Shown: positions 7,856 through 17,742, numbered from the stretch's first letter. The stretch is 38,820 bases of DNA from a virus (IMGVR_UViG_3300050161_000104:1-38820); one strand, 5' to 3'. Made by a program: numbers and translations. Notes: generated from the letters alone by a model not told the origin.

Positions 7856-8193
7856 TCCGGCTTCCATTCCCCGCTTCGATCCTCGCAGGCCATGCCAATG
7901 GCCGGTCGCACTATGCCAAGTCGAGTGCAACCAAAAAACACCGCGAATGGGCGGGCAACGCCGCGAAAGCCGCGCCCTACGTCATCCCCGAAACCGGCGA
8001 TATAACGGTGCACGTCGCCTTCTATCCGCCGAATGATCGCGGGGACCGGATTAACTACCCGATCCGTATGAAGGCATATTTTGACGGGATAGCCGATGGC
8101 TACGGCGTCAACGACAAGCGGTTCGTGCCGCAGTTCTATTTTTGCGCGCCCGATAAGGCCGACCCGCGCGTTGAAGTGAGGTTGGGGGTATGA
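7852..8193 (+). CDS. RusA-like Holliday junction resolvase
   Basis: IRLPFP...FYPPNDRGDRIN...KAYFDGIAD...VNDKRF. Confidence 0.75.
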   Translation: MIRLPFPASILAGHANGRSHYAKSSATKKHREWAGNAAKAAPYVIPETGDITVHVAFYPPNDRGDRINYPIRMKAYFDGIADGYGVNDKRFVPQFYFCAPDKADPRVEVRLGV

Positions 8194-8978
8194 ACGCCTT
8201 TCACACCCACGGCATCACGCATTTGAGCGCGTCCAGCGTCAACCTGTTCGTTGCCGCCCCTGCTATGTGGGCGTGTTCGTATCTCATGAAAAAACGCACG
8301 GGTGTTGGCCCCGCCGCGCACCGGGGGACCGCGATTGAAGCGGGCGTGGAAGCTGGCTTGTTCGATCCGGCTATGCCGGTGGAAGAATGCCAGAAAATTG
8401 CCGAGGCCAAATATCACACGTTAACCCGCCTGTCTGGTGATGGCCGGATTGAAAAGGAACGGGCCGCGATTGCACCGTCTGTTGTTCATGCGTTGGCAGA
8501 ATTGCGCCGGTATGGCATTCCCGCAGCCGCGCCCGATGGAGACCGCCAACACAAGATTGAGCGCACGCTTCCCGGCGTGCCGGTGCCGATCTGGGGGTTT
8601 CTTGATTTCTGGTATCCGGGCCACGGTATCATCGTGGACCTTAAAACCACGGCGCGCATCCCTTCTGCGATCAGCGAACCGCATGCACGCCAAGGCGCGC
8701 TCTACGCTGGCGAAGGCGGCAACAGCCAAGTGCGGATGGCTTACGTATCCAGCGCCAAAATCGCGGTTTACGTGGTCGAGGATGTTGACGCGCGGATGGC
8801 CGAGTTTGTCCGCATTGCGCAGGCAATGGAGCGGCTGCTGTCGCTTTCCGATGATAGCGAAAAGCTGACCCGCTGCTTCGCTCCTGATCTGACCAGTTTT
8901 TATTGGGGTGACGCCAGCGCGCGCCGCCTCGCCCACGAGATTTGGGGCAAACCTGCCCCGCAACCCGATCAGCCATAA
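8190..8978 (+). CDS. PD-(D/E)XK superfamily exonuclease
   Basis: HLSASS, RGTAIE, GFLDF, IVDLKTT and Q..Y motifs. Confidence 0.85.
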   Translation: MNAFHTHGITHLSASSVNLFVAAPAMWACSYLMKKRTGVGPAAHRGTAIEAGVEAGLFDPAMPVEECQKIAEAKYHTLTRLSGDGRIEKERAAIAPSVVHALAELRRYGIPAAAPDGDRQHKIERTLPGVPVPIWGFLDFWYPGHGIIVDLKTTARIPSAISEPHARQGALYAGEGGNSQVRMAYVSSAKIAVYVVEDVDARMAEFVRIAQAMERLLSLSDDSEKLTRCFAPDLTSFYWGDASARRLAHEIWGKPAPQPDQP

Positions 8979-9036
8979 TGGCCGAAGGCAACCGCTGGGC
9001 CAAATCAGCGGGCAATGAGCATAAGGAAATAGCACG

Positions 9037-9651
9037 ATGGCATTCATGGCGAGCAACACCGGCGGCGGCGATTTCACCCCGTATGTGAAATACAATGCGA
9101 AAGCGGGTCGCTGGTATACCAAAAAGGACGAACAAGGCGCGGCGGAGTTCGAGGTCACCAATATGACCGCGATTTTCGACATGGATAACATCCGCACAGG
9201 CTGGTTCAACTTCCCTACCGGCGGCGCGCCGGAAAAAACGTTTGACCCTTCGCTTGATGAGGCGGCGGCGCGGCCTTCGGAAAATCACAAACGCGGTTTT
9301 CAGGTGGACGTTTTCAGCGAAAAGAATTTGCTGGGTAAGCGTGAATTTTCTTCAACCGCCGGAACGGTGATCGATGCAATCAATCCACTGCATACCGATT
9401 GGGAAGCAGGTAAGGCGGCCAACCCCGGCAAGGTCCCGGTGGTGAAGTGTTCGGGCGTGTTGCCGATCGTGGGCAAGCACGGGACGAATTATCAGCCGGT
9501 GTTTGAGATCGTTTCGTGGACAGACCGCCCTGCCGAACTTGGCGCGCCCGCTGCCAAGTCTCCAGCTGCATCCCCGCCCGCCGCCAAACCCGCCGCGCAT
9601 ACGCCGCCACCCGCTATGGCAACCGCAGGCGCGGATGAACCCGACTTCTAA
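9037..9651 (+). CDS. Probable single-stranded DNA-binding/annealing protein
   Basis: Located between exonuclease and primase; aromatic beta-rich core, Pro/Ala linker and acidic ADEPDF C-terminus; AAGGA RBS. Confidence 0.6.
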   Translation: MAFMASNTGGGDFTPYVKYNAKAGRWYTKKDEQGAAEFEVTNMTAIFDMDNIRTGWFNFPTGGAPEKTFDPSLDEAAARPSENHKRGFQVDVFSEKNLLGKREFSSTAGTVIDAINPLHTDWEAGKAANPGKVPVVKCSGVLPIVGKHGTNYQPVFEIVSWTDRPAELGAPAAKSPAASPPAAKPAAHTPPPAMATAGADEPDF

Positions 9652-9669
9652 GCGCATGACAATGGACCG

Positions 9670-9699
9670 GGCCGGGTGGCTGACAGCCCCCGGCCTTTT
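9670..9699 (+). terminator. Intrinsic terminator after the SSB gene
   Basis: GGCCGGG-T-GGCT-GAC-AGCC-CCCGGCC followed by TTTT. Confidence 0.6.
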
Positions 9700-9728
9700 C
9701 CACCCAATCCCCTAATTAGAGAGAAGCG

Positions 9729-11798
9729 ATGGCATCGGTGCTTGAATCCATTATCCAGCCCGATGAGAACGCCATAACGGCGCATCTCGATATGCTGTTC
9801 ACGCCGCTGATGGGGGATTATCCGCGCGGCCTGATCGAACTGCGCTACGGCAGTCCCACCCCCAACAAATCCGCCTATTTCAACATCCGCAAGGACGGCA
9901 TTGCTGATGCAACCGCGTTCGCCGCTGGTCGCTCGCGTGCTGGCGATAACGTGTATGTCGGCGTCAACCCGCGCAAGCATAATGTGGACTTGCGCGGGTC
10001 CGCCTCTGATACGGACGTGGAACTGGCGGTCTGGCAGTTTGCAGATATTGATAAAGCGGAGAGCCTGGACGGGCTTGGCGCGAAACTGCGCACGCTGCCA
10101 GTGTTCTATTCGATCAACACCGGGACCACCCCGCACCGCCGCCCGCACCTGTATTGGCTGCTAGAGGAACCAGTCACCAACCTTGCCGCATGGACCGAAC
10201 GCCAGCGCGGGATCGCAGCTGCACTTGGCGGGGACGCGGTAATCAACCCCTCGCGGATAATGCGGCTTGCGGGCACGGTCAACTTCCCGCCACAGCACAA
10301 GTTGCAGCGCGGTTACGGCGTTGAGGTGGTCACGCTCAAGACCACCTTTGATGATGAACGCGAGACGGTAACGCCGGAACAAGTGGCGGGTGCGTTTCCT
10401 TTGCCCGCCACCCCCGCGCCACTTTACGACAACGCACCAGCGCAGCCGCTACAGGCTGGGCAGAACACGTTGCATGCGATGCGCAGCACCAGTGTGCAAG
10501 ACCTGTTGGACGCCTGCCGTAGCGGGCAAGAATGGCACAACAGCATGATCCGGCTAGTTGCGCACCTTGCGGGCAAGGGCCGCACCAGTGCCGAGATCAT
10601 GGCACTAGCCGAACATATCACTTTGCCGGGTTACACCGTGGCGCAAACGCAGCGGGATATGCGGGTAGCATTGAACGGTGCGCGCACCAAATATGATATG
10701 CCGGAGCCGGAAGGTGACCCGGTGGAGGCCGAGGAAGCCAAACGCGAACCGGGTGACAGCATCTTTCAGATGTTCGATATTGACGAACTCGAAGCCATGC
10801 CGCCGCCTGAGTGGCTGGTTAAGGACACGATAGCGCAGCAAGGCTTGACCGTGCTGTATGGTGATCCGGGCGCGGGCAAATCGTTCATCGCCATCGATAT
10901 GGCCCTACGGCTTGCACATGGCATGGATTGGCACGGCACAGAGGCCAAGGCTACCGGGGTGCTGTATATCGCCGGGGAGGGCGTGCACGGGCTTGGAAAG
11001 CGTGTGCAGGGCTGGCGTAGGCATCACAAGATGGAGGGCATTGAAGCGCCGTTTCTGGTGTTGCCCGTGGCCGTGCACCTGCTGGATGATAAGCAGCGCA
11101 ACAAGCTGCTACGCACTATTGACGCGGCCATGGAACGGGCGGGGTTCGCCATTGGCTTGATCGTGATTGACACCGTGAGCCGCGCATTGGCCGGTTCCGA
11201 TGAAAACGGGCAGGAAGCTATGGGCGCGTTTGTTGCTGCCTGCGATCAGGTGCGCTTGCACGCGGGCGGTGCGGTCATTGGCGTGCATCACAGCGGCAAG
11301 GATAAAGACCGGGGGATGCGTGGCAGCACGGTGCTGCTGGGGGCCTGCGATGCTTCGATCCAGGTTAGTAAGTCGGCAACGCTGGTGACGCTGAAAACGG
11401 AAAAGCAAAAAGATGCGGAGGAGGCCGCGCCAATGATGTTCACCATGGAAACCGTGGCTTGGGCCAAGGGCTTTGAACCAGAGCAAACCACCTTGGTGCC
11501 CAAAAAATCAGCATCACAAGAGATGCCAGAAAGGGCCGCGATAACCCGCGATCAAATTGCAAAAGCGTTCGGCATTTTAGCTGATGCGTGGGGTGATGGC
11601 AGGCCACTTTCGCACCGGATCGAGACCACCAGAGATGGCCGTTACGCACCTCGGATATTGGCAAGCAAGCTGGGCGGGGATCCGGGGCAATGGGCCGAAC
11701 TGGTCGCTGGCTGGCTGGAAAATGACTGCCTCGGAACTGAGATCGTGAACAAGAATACCAAACAGAAAGGGCTAAAGGTGATCAATGCAATCGTCTGA
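9729..11798 (+). CDS. Primase-helicase (RepB-type primase N-terminus plus RecA-like AAA_25 helicase)
   Basis: VYVGVNPR, ADID, PHLYWLL and NPSRIMRLAGTVN primase motifs; Walker A GDPGAGKS, Walker B LIVIDT, VHHSGKD...RGS. Confidence 0.9.
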   Translation: MASVLESIIQPDENAITAHLDMLFTPLMGDYPRGLIELRYGSPTPNKSAYFNIRKDGIADATAFAAGRSRAGDNVYVGVNPRKHNVDLRGSASDTDVELAVWQFADIDKAESLDGLGAKLRTLPVFYSINTGTTPHRRPHLYWLLEEPVTNLAAWTERQRGIAAALGGDAVINPSRIMRLAGTVNFPPQHKLQRGYGVEVVTLKTTFDDERETVTPEQVAGAFPLPATPAPLYDNAPAQPLQAGQNTLHAMRSTSVQDLLDACRSGQEWHNSMIRLVAHLAGKGRTSAEIMALAEHITLPGYTVAQTQRDMRVALNGARTKYDMPEPEGDPVEAEEAKREPGDSIFQMFDIDELEAMPPPEWLVKDTIAQQGLTVLYGDPGAGKSFIAIDMALRLAHGMDWHGTEAKATGVLYIAGEGVHGLGKRVQGWRRHHKMEGIEAPFLVLPVAVHLLDDKQRNKLLRTIDAAMERAGFAIGLIVIDTVSRALAGSDENGQEAMGAFVAACDQVRLHAGGAVIGVHHSGKDKDRGMRGSTVLLGACDASIQVSKSATLVTLKTEKQKDAEEAAPMMFTMETVAWAKGFEPEQTTLVPKKSASQEMPERAAITRDQIAKAFGILADAWGDGRPLSHRIETTRDGRYAPRILASKLGGDPGQWAELVAGWLENDCLGTEIVNKNTKQKGLKVINAIV

Positions 11799-11807
11799 AA
11801 ATACCCG

Positions 11808-12021
11808 TGCGGAGGCTTGCGGAAGCGTGCGGAACGTGCCAGCTAAGTCATTGAAAACAAACATTGCGGAAGCGTTGCGGAAGGTGCGGAAGGTGCCTTG
11901 TAAGTCATTGAAAACATTGCGGAGGCACTTTTTTGCGGAACCCCTATATATAACTACGTTATATATAAAGGGCGCGCTACGCGGAGCGCCCCCCGCCGCT
12001 GGCGCGGCGGGGCGGCTCCGC
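11808..12021. repeat. Origin-like region with iterons, duplicated 16-mer, AT-rich palindrome and GC hairpin
   Basis: TGCGGA x8 (11808, 11818, 11828, 11865, 11876, 11885, 11918, 11934); TAAGTCATTGAAAACA x2 (11844, 11901); TATATATAAC-TAC-GTTATATATA (11945-11967); GC stem-loop 11981-12021. Confidence 0.75.
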
Positions 12022-12047
12022 TACGCTCAAGTTTTTGGTGGCGCGGC

Positions 12048-12638
12048 ATGACCGGCCCGGCTATCCAGCAACCGCCGCTGACGCAGCGCCAAGTTTATGA
12101 GCGGATGGCTGATATCGTTCGCACGGTTGATGAACATGCCCGCGAAAGCAACCGCCGTTGGGGCTTCAACAGGCTCCCGCACATTGTGCCGATTGAATGG
12201 ACCGAACGGTTCAAGTCGCAGCAACGCAAGTGGGTTGGCGCATGCTGGGAATGCGGATGCGATCCTACTGAGGCCATGCTTGCGCCAGTCCGGCAACATG
12301 GCGAGGCCATGATCCGCGCATTCGACAAACTGGAGGAAATAGCGCTGGCAAATGGCAAGTCGCCCGCACCCCCCGGCGTTTGGGAGTTCGAACTTGCGGA
12401 CGGCACGCCGATCACACTGGTTAGGGCACGGGCCGAAATGGCGCAGCTTGAACGCACACCGCCCGCGCTGGTCTGGTCACTCGATGAAGTGGCGCAGGCC
12501 ATTGACGCGACCCGCGCGCAATTCCCCGGCGTGTTCGAGGCAAAGAACGCCTTTCCTGATTGCGAGATATTGCAACTACGAACCCCAGTGAAGGTGCGCC
12601 AGCTTATCGATGACGAACTATGTCAAATACCGTTTTGA
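12048..12638 (+). CDS. Hypothetical phage protein
   Basis: 196-aa ORF with RWGFNRLPHIV motif downstream of the helicase. Confidence 0.7.
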   Translation: MTGPAIQQPPLTQRQVYERMADIVRTVDEHARESNRRWGFNRLPHIVPIEWTERFKSQQRKWVGACWECGCDPTEAMLAPVRQHGEAMIRAFDKLEEIALANGKSPAPPGVWEFELADGTPITLVRARAEMAQLERTPPALVWSLDEVAQAIDATRAQFPGVFEAKNAFPDCEILQLRTPVKVRQLIDDELCQIPF

Positions 12639-12687
12639 ATATCCGCACAGACTACGTCAAAGCATGGCGCAAACTAGCAGGGAGGCG

Positions 12688-12903
12688 ATGATGAGTTTTC
12701 TCGGCAAAGCGATCAACCGCGCGCAGCACGAAACGGTCGCAACTGCGTTCGGACAGGCGTTAACCGAATACATCGCCAAAAAGGGCAAGCTGGCATGGGA
12801 TAGAGAACGCGGCTTGTTCCGGGTCAACCACCCCGCCGATGGCTGGCAAGTCGCGGTGTGGATGATGCCGACCGCAAACGAAATTACACAAGGGAGACGA
12901 TGA
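12688..12903 (+). CDS. Hypothetical protein
   Basis: GGGAGG RBS before ATGATG. Confidence 0.55.
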   Translation: MMSFLGKAINRAQHETVATAFGQALTEYIAKKGKLAWDRERGLFRVNHPADGWQVAVWMMPTANEITQGRR

Positions 12904-13094
12904 TGGCGAAGAAAGGTAGGCAGCACGTTGTGGCCCGTATTCAGCAACTGAGGGAGCAGGGTATGTCAAAACATGACGCCGGAGTGATCGCATACCGCGA
13001 AGCCGGGTTAGGCAAGAGCAGAGCTAAAGGCGCAGGCGGGGCTGGTAAGGCTGGTGGTCGCGGCATTGGGTATAGCGGAATAGGAAACGCATGA
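12900..13094 (+). CDS. Small basic, Gly-rich protein
   Basis: ATGA overlap and GGGAG RBS. Confidence 0.55.
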   Translation: MMAKKGRQHVVARIQQLREQGMSKHDAGVIAYREAGLGKSRAKGAGGAGKAGGRGIGYSGIGNA

Positions 13095-13333
13095 TGGCGA
13101 ATCCGCACAAGTGGATGCTGTTTGGCTGGGATTTGGATACATGGCGGCGCGCCCTTGAATTGCCCCGCCACGCCCACCACAAGCCCGCACAGCCCGCAAA
13201 CGGGGTTTTGGCAACGCGGGGCGGCTAAATCGCATTGTTGACGCTCTACGGGGCTTAGGTTGCCTTCGTGCATGTTTTTCGATAAGTAGGCGCGGATTGA
13301 TCGATTTTTACGATCTAGAGTAGGAAAAACTAG

Positions 13334-13615
13334 GTGCCCAAAGGCGTTAAGACAGGCGGGCGGGTAGCGGGCACGCCCAACAAGACCACGGCGGCGATCA
13401 AAGACGCAATCATGTGCGTCTATAACGACTTGCAAAGCGAGACTGGGGCAACGCATGGGCACTTTTTCGGGTGGGCGCATGAAAATCCAACCGAGTTTTA
13501 CAAGCTTGCCGCGCGGTTGATACCCGTGCAAACCGAACACACCGGCAAAGACGGCGGGGCTATCGAAATCGCCAACCGTATCGAGCTAATCGGCGTGGTG
13601 CCGGGTGAAGGTTGA
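13334..13615 (+). CDS. terS: Terminase small subunit
   Basis: KTGGRVAGTPNK motif and EHTGKDGGAIE tail; immediately upstream of TerL. Confidence 0.75.
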   Translation: MPKGVKTGGRVAGTPNKTTAAIKDAIMCVYNDLQSETGATHGHFFGWAHENPTEFYKLAARLIPVQTEHTGKDGGAIEIANRIELIGVVPGEG

Positions 13616-14909
13616 CATAAAACTCCCCGCTGCGCTGCAAGGGCTGTTCCTGGGTGAGGCCGATGTTCGCGCTTCATATGGCGGGCGGGGTAGTGGCAAG
13701 ACCCGTTCATTCGCGCTCATGACTGCCGTTCGCGCGCATATCTGGGCACAACAAGGGCGCGAGGGGATTATCCTATGCGCTCGCCAGTTCATGAACTCGC
13801 TGGATGATTCCTCGCTCGAAGAAGTGAAGGCGGCAATAACCGGCAATGAGTATCTGGTGAACCATTTCGAAATCGGCGAGAAATATATCCGCACGAAATG
13901 CGGGCGCGTTTCTTACAAATTCGCGGGGCTTGAGCGCAACCTCAACAGCCTGAAGTCAAAAACCCGGATCCTGCTGTGCTGGGTTGACGAGGCCGAGCCG
14001 GTATCGGACAGCGCTTGGACAAAGCTTATCCCCACGTTGCGCGAGGAAGACAGCGAATTGTGGGTGACGTGGAACCCGGAAAGCGAACATAGCGCCACGC
14101 ATAAGCGCTTCCGACAATCCAGCGATCCGCGTTACCGGGTTGCGGAAATCAACTATTCGGGCAACCCGTGGTTTCCATCCATCCTGGAGCGCCAGCGCCA
14201 GCGCGATATGATCGAACGCCCGGACCAATATAATCACATTTGGGAGGGCGGCTTTGCCAAGGTCATCGAGGGTGCATACTACGCCAGCGATCTAACCCGC
14301 GCCCGCCAAGAGGGCAGGATAGGTGAAGTCGCCGCCGATCCTCTCATGCGCTACCTGACCTTCTGGGATATCGGCGGCACAGGGCAAAATGCCGATGCCT
14401 GCTCAATCTGGGTGGCCCAGTGGATCGGCACGCATATCCGGTTTCTCGATTACTACGAGGCGCAGGGCCAACCCTTGGCGGCGCATGTCATGTGGATGCG
14501 CGAGAACGGCTACGGGCGGGCTATTTGTGTCCTGCCGCATGATGGGGTGCAGTCTGACAAGGTCTATGCCGTGAGCTACGAAAGCGCATTGCAACAGGCG
14601 GGTTTCGACGTTCGCGTCGTTCGCAACCAAGGCCGGGGTGCCGCGATGTTGCGCGTTCATGCCGCCCGCCGGTTGTTTGTATCGATGTATTTTGACGAGG
14701 CTCGCTGTGCCGGGGGGCTTGCATCGATCGGGGCTTATCATGAAAAGCGAGATGTGATACGAGGGATCGGGCTAGGACCGGCGCATGACAGATCGAGCCA
14801 TGCGGCGGATGCGTTCGGGCTTTGTGCGGTGGCTTATGAGCAGCCGGATAACGACGATGATGTTTACGACGACACGACCTATGGGCGAAACAGTGTGACG
14901 GGGTATTAG
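13605..14909 (+). CDS. terL: Terminase large subunit (PBSX/SPP1-like)
   Basis: Walker A GGRGSGKT, WVDEAE Walker B, TWNP, and nuclease motifs WDIG and SHAADAF. Confidence 0.95.
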   Translation: MKVDIKLPAALQGLFLGEADVRASYGGRGSGKTRSFALMTAVRAHIWAQQGREGIILCARQFMNSLDDSSLEEVKAAITGNEYLVNHFEIGEKYIRTKCGRVSYKFAGLERNLNSLKSKTRILLCWVDEAEPVSDSAWTKLIPTLREEDSELWVTWNPESEHSATHKRFRQSSDPRYRVAEINYSGNPWFPSILERQRQRDMIERPDQYNHIWEGGFAKVIEGAYYASDLTRARQEGRIGEVAADPLMRYLTFWDIGGTGQNADACSIWVAQWIGTHIRFLDYYEAQGQPLAAHVMWMRENGYGRAICVLPHDGVQSDKVYAVSYESALQQAGFDVRVVRNQGRGAAMLRVHAARRLFVSMYFDEARCAGGLASIGAYHEKRDVIRGIGLGPAHDRSSHAADAFGLCAVAYEQPDNDDDVYDDTTYGRNSVTGY

Positions 14910-14910
14910 G

Positions 14911-16965
14911 ATGGATATGGAAGACCCCGCCGAAACCCCAACCGGCCCGCTGGATGCAGTGGCGATGCTGTTGCGATATGCTGAGGCCGAGGCCGACATA
15001 TCCGATATGATCCGCGAAGGTGATCTGGGCAAGTTATGTGCCGAGGTTATCGAGAATTACGACCGCGACAAGCAAAGCCGGGTTGACTGGGAAACGGTGT
15101 CCCTCCGCGCCTTGAAGGATATGGCGCAGGGGGATTACCCTCAAAAAAACACTCCTTGGGAAGGCGCGGCCAACGTCCACTATCCTCTGCTAGGCTACGC
15201 GGTGATGCAGTTCAACGCCCGCGCATACCCGGCCATTGTAAAGGGCGATGAGGCGGTTAGCATCAAGGTGATCGGCGCGGATGATGGCCTACCGCAAACC
15301 GGGCCAGACGGTCAGCCGATGATGCAATTGCAGGGGATGCCGGTAGGTCAAACCCCGCAAGGTATGGCGGTGATGACGCCGCAGGGGCTTATGCCGCTTC
15401 CACAAGGCGCACAACCCGAGCCGGTATGGAAACGCGCACCGGGGGCCAAGACTAAGCGTGCCGGCCGTGTGTCTAATTACATGAACTACCAGCTTTTCTA
15501 TCGGATGGACGATTGGGAAGGCGAAACCGATGCGATGCTTTCGCAGGTCGCCGCCGTTGGCGTGGCGTTCCGCAAGGTGTGGTTCGACGGGGTTAAACAC
15601 AATTCGCGGTTTGTGCCCGCGCTTAAACTGGTGGTGAATAACGACGCGACCACGCTGGCGACCGCGCCGCAGATCACTGAGGAAATCGACGGGGTTTATC
15701 CCATCCATATCCGGCGCGATATTGCGGTGGGCAAATATCGCGGGATCGTGCTGGATGAAACCGAACGCGAGGCCCGCACACTGATTGAACAGCAATGCCA
15801 TTACGATATGGACGGGGACGGTATTCCCGAACCTTATATCGTGACGGTCGATTACAAGTCGAAGCAGATTTTGCGCGTGGTGCCGGATTTCGGGCCGGAG
15901 GACGTTAAGCTTGTCGGCGGGCGGCTGGCCTATATCGAGCGGCGTCAATTCTACGTCAAATATGAGTTTCTACCGCACCCGGAAGGCAAGTTTTACAACA
16001 TCGGGCTGGGCCATTTGCTGGACCAATATGGGGCGGTGGTGAACACGATTATCAACCAGATGATCGATGCCAATACGGCGGCGACGGCGGGCGGGGGCTT
16101 TATCGCCAGCGGCTTGCGGATTCAGGGGCAGGGCCAATCATCGGCGCTGCGGTTCCGGCCCGGCGAATACAAGACCATCGGCGTTTCCGGTTCGGCCTTG
16201 CGCGAGGGAATTGTTGACCGCACGTTCCCAAATATGTCGCCGGTGATGTTCAACCTGCTGGAATTGATCCTTGGGGCAGCGAAAGAAATCGCTTCGATCA
16301 AGGATGTTATGACGGGGGACGCTTCAAACACCGGGCAGGTTGGCACCACGCTGGCGCTTATCGAACAGGGTTTGCAGGTGTTCACGGCGATCTACAAGCG
16401 GGTGTATCGCGGTATGAAGTCCGAATTCACGCTGCTATTCCGCAATATGGCGGACCACGGCGATGAGCAAATGCAGGCGGATTATATCGAATTGCTGGAC
16501 GATCCGGCGGCGGATTTTGCGGCGGATTTCAACGGCGCGGATATGGATATCCGGCCTGTATCGGACCCGTCCAATGTGACTAAAATGCAAAAGATGGCGC
16601 GGGCGCAGTTTCTGCTTTCCACCGCTGAACAACTAGCGGCGGTTGGCGGTGATGGGCGCGAGGCATTGCGGCGCGCATACGAGGCGGCGGATATCGAGGA
16701 TATCGACAAACTATTGCCCCCGCCGGACCCGATGGGGCAGGTGGCTCAGCAAATGCAGCTCGCCAAGGGGCAAGCGGATATCAAGGCTGTGGAGGCCCGT
16801 GCGGCCCGCGACATGGCCAATGCGCAGGCTACGGGGCAGACGGTGCAACTTGATGAGGCCCGGTTGCAGCGGGATAGCGCGGTTGACGCGGCCAAGCTGG
16901 AAATAGAGCATAGCCGGACGTTGATTGACGCCTTCGACAAGGGAGCGCGGATCGGTGCAGCCTGA
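14911..16965 (+). CDS. Portal protein (podoviral type, long C-terminal helical barrel)
   Basis: Follows TerL; PWEGAANV, FRKVW, FYNIGLG motifs; Q/A-rich coiled-coil C-terminus. Confidence 0.88.
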   Translation: MDMEDPAETPTGPLDAVAMLLRYAEAEADISDMIREGDLGKLCAEVIENYDRDKQSRVDWETVSLRALKDMAQGDYPQKNTPWEGAANVHYPLLGYAVMQFNARAYPAIVKGDEAVSIKVIGADDGLPQTGPDGQPMMQLQGMPVGQTPQGMAVMTPQGLMPLPQGAQPEPVWKRAPGAKTKRAGRVSNYMNYQLFYRMDDWEGETDAMLSQVAAVGVAFRKVWFDGVKHNSRFVPALKLVVNNDATTLATAPQITEEIDGVYPIHIRRDIAVGKYRGIVLDETEREARTLIEQQCHYDMDGDGIPEPYIVTVDYKSKQILRVVPDFGPEDVKLVGGRLAYIERRQFYVKYEFLPHPEGKFYNIGLGHLLDQYGAVVNTIINQMIDANTAATAGGGFIASGLRIQGQGQSSALRFRPGEYKTIGVSGSALREGIVDRTFPNMSPVMFNLLELILGAAKEIASIKDVMTGDASNTGQVGTTLALIEQGLQVFTAIYKRVYRGMKSEFTLLFRNMADHGDEQMQADYIELLDDPAADFAADFNGADMDIRPVSDPSNVTKMQKMARAQFLLSTAEQLAAVGGDGREALRRAYEAADIEDIDKLLPPPDPMGQVAQQMQLAKGQADIKAVEARAARDMANAQATGQTVQLDEARLQRDSAVDAAKLEIEHSRTLIDAFDKGARIGAA

Positions 16966-17191
16966 CGAGGCCGACTTCAAGGAATGGCTGGCGGGGCCTG
17001 TCACCGAATGGGTGATCGCGTGCATGCGCAAGGCGGCGGCGCGGCAACAGGCAGAATGGCTGGCGCTGGCATGGGGCGGCAACTTGGACCCGTTATTGCT
17101 CAACGAAGCGCGGGTTAGGGCGGATTGCTATTTGGCGATCCCGGATTGTTCATTTGAAGACTGGAAGGCTATCGATGATACCGAAGATTGA
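16955..17191 (+). CDS. Conserved hypothetical protein after portal (FKEWLAGPVTEW)
   Basis: GTG start at 16955 with AAGGGAG RBS. Confidence 0.7.
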   Translation: MQPDEADFKEWLAGPVTEWVIACMRKAAARQQAEWLALAWGGNLDPLLLNEARVRADCYLAIPDCSFEDWKAIDDTED

Positions 17192-17513
17192 CGATTGCGC
17201 GCCGGGGTTAGCCCCGATGGGTTATAACGTGCTGGTGGCGCTAGACGTGGTGGAAGAGGTAACGCTTGGCGGGATTATCCTGCCGGGCAGGCATATCGAA
17301 CGGGAAAACGGCGCGTCCGAAAAGGGGCGGCTCGTGGCGAAGTCCGATATGGCTTTTTGCGGCGGCGATTGGGGCGGCGCTCCTGTCCCCGATGTTGGCG
17401 AAGTTGTGCTGTTCCAGCGTTATGCGGGAACCGAGTTTGAGGGCCAAGATGGCAAGAAATACCGCATTATCGCGGATAGTGACTTGAAAGGAATTTTCCA
17501 TGGCAACGCCTAA
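17175..17513 (+). CDS. groES: GroES-like co-chaperonin
   Basis: PMGYNVLV, T.GGIILP mobile loop, VGEVVLFQRYAGTEF, YRIIADSDL. Confidence 0.88.
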   Translation: MIPKIDDCAPGLAPMGYNVLVALDVVEEVTLGGIILPGRHIERENGASEKGRLVAKSDMAFCGGDWGGAPVPDVGEVVLFQRYAGTEFEGQDGKKYRIIADSDLKGIFHGNA

Positions 17514-17742
17514 TACTTCCGGTGCAGATGATGCTGTTTCGGTTACGCCTAGCGACACGGTGGCCCTTGCTGACGGCTATTGCCGCGCCTTGCATATCGG
17601 CGTGACGGGTGATGTCGCGGTCGTAATGCGCAGCGGGCGTTCGGTTACGTTCACGGGCGTCCCTGCGGGCATTTTTCCGGTGAAGGTTTTGCAGGTGAAG
17701 GCGACAGGCACGACCGCAACGAACATCGCGGCGCTGTATTGA
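17500..17742 (+). CDS. Capsid spike base protein, RcGTA Rcc01079-like
   Basis: 80 aa; AVSVTPSD...RALHIG..GDVAV...VTF..VPAG..PV.V.QV.ATGTTATNIAALY is the family pattern. Confidence 0.85.
   Translation: MATPNTSGADDAVSVTPSDTVALADGYCRALHIGVTGDVAVVMRSGRSVTFTGVPAGIFPVKVLQVKATGTTATNIAALY

Noticed and set aside
8190-8978. Cas4 / CRISPR-associated nuclease
   Set aside because: Lacks the four-cysteine Fe-S motif. Its context (RusA, SSB, primase) indicates a phage recombination exonuclease.
11808-11940. Repeats as a CRISPR array
   Set aside because: Units are 6-16 bp with no unique 30-40 bp spacers, and there is no cas operon.
11785-12051. 88-aa ORF across the repeat region
   Set aside because: Its repetitive peptide (KSLKT, RKVRKV) is just the translation of DNA iterons and palindromes. 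It is better explained as origin DNA, although translation cannot be excluded.
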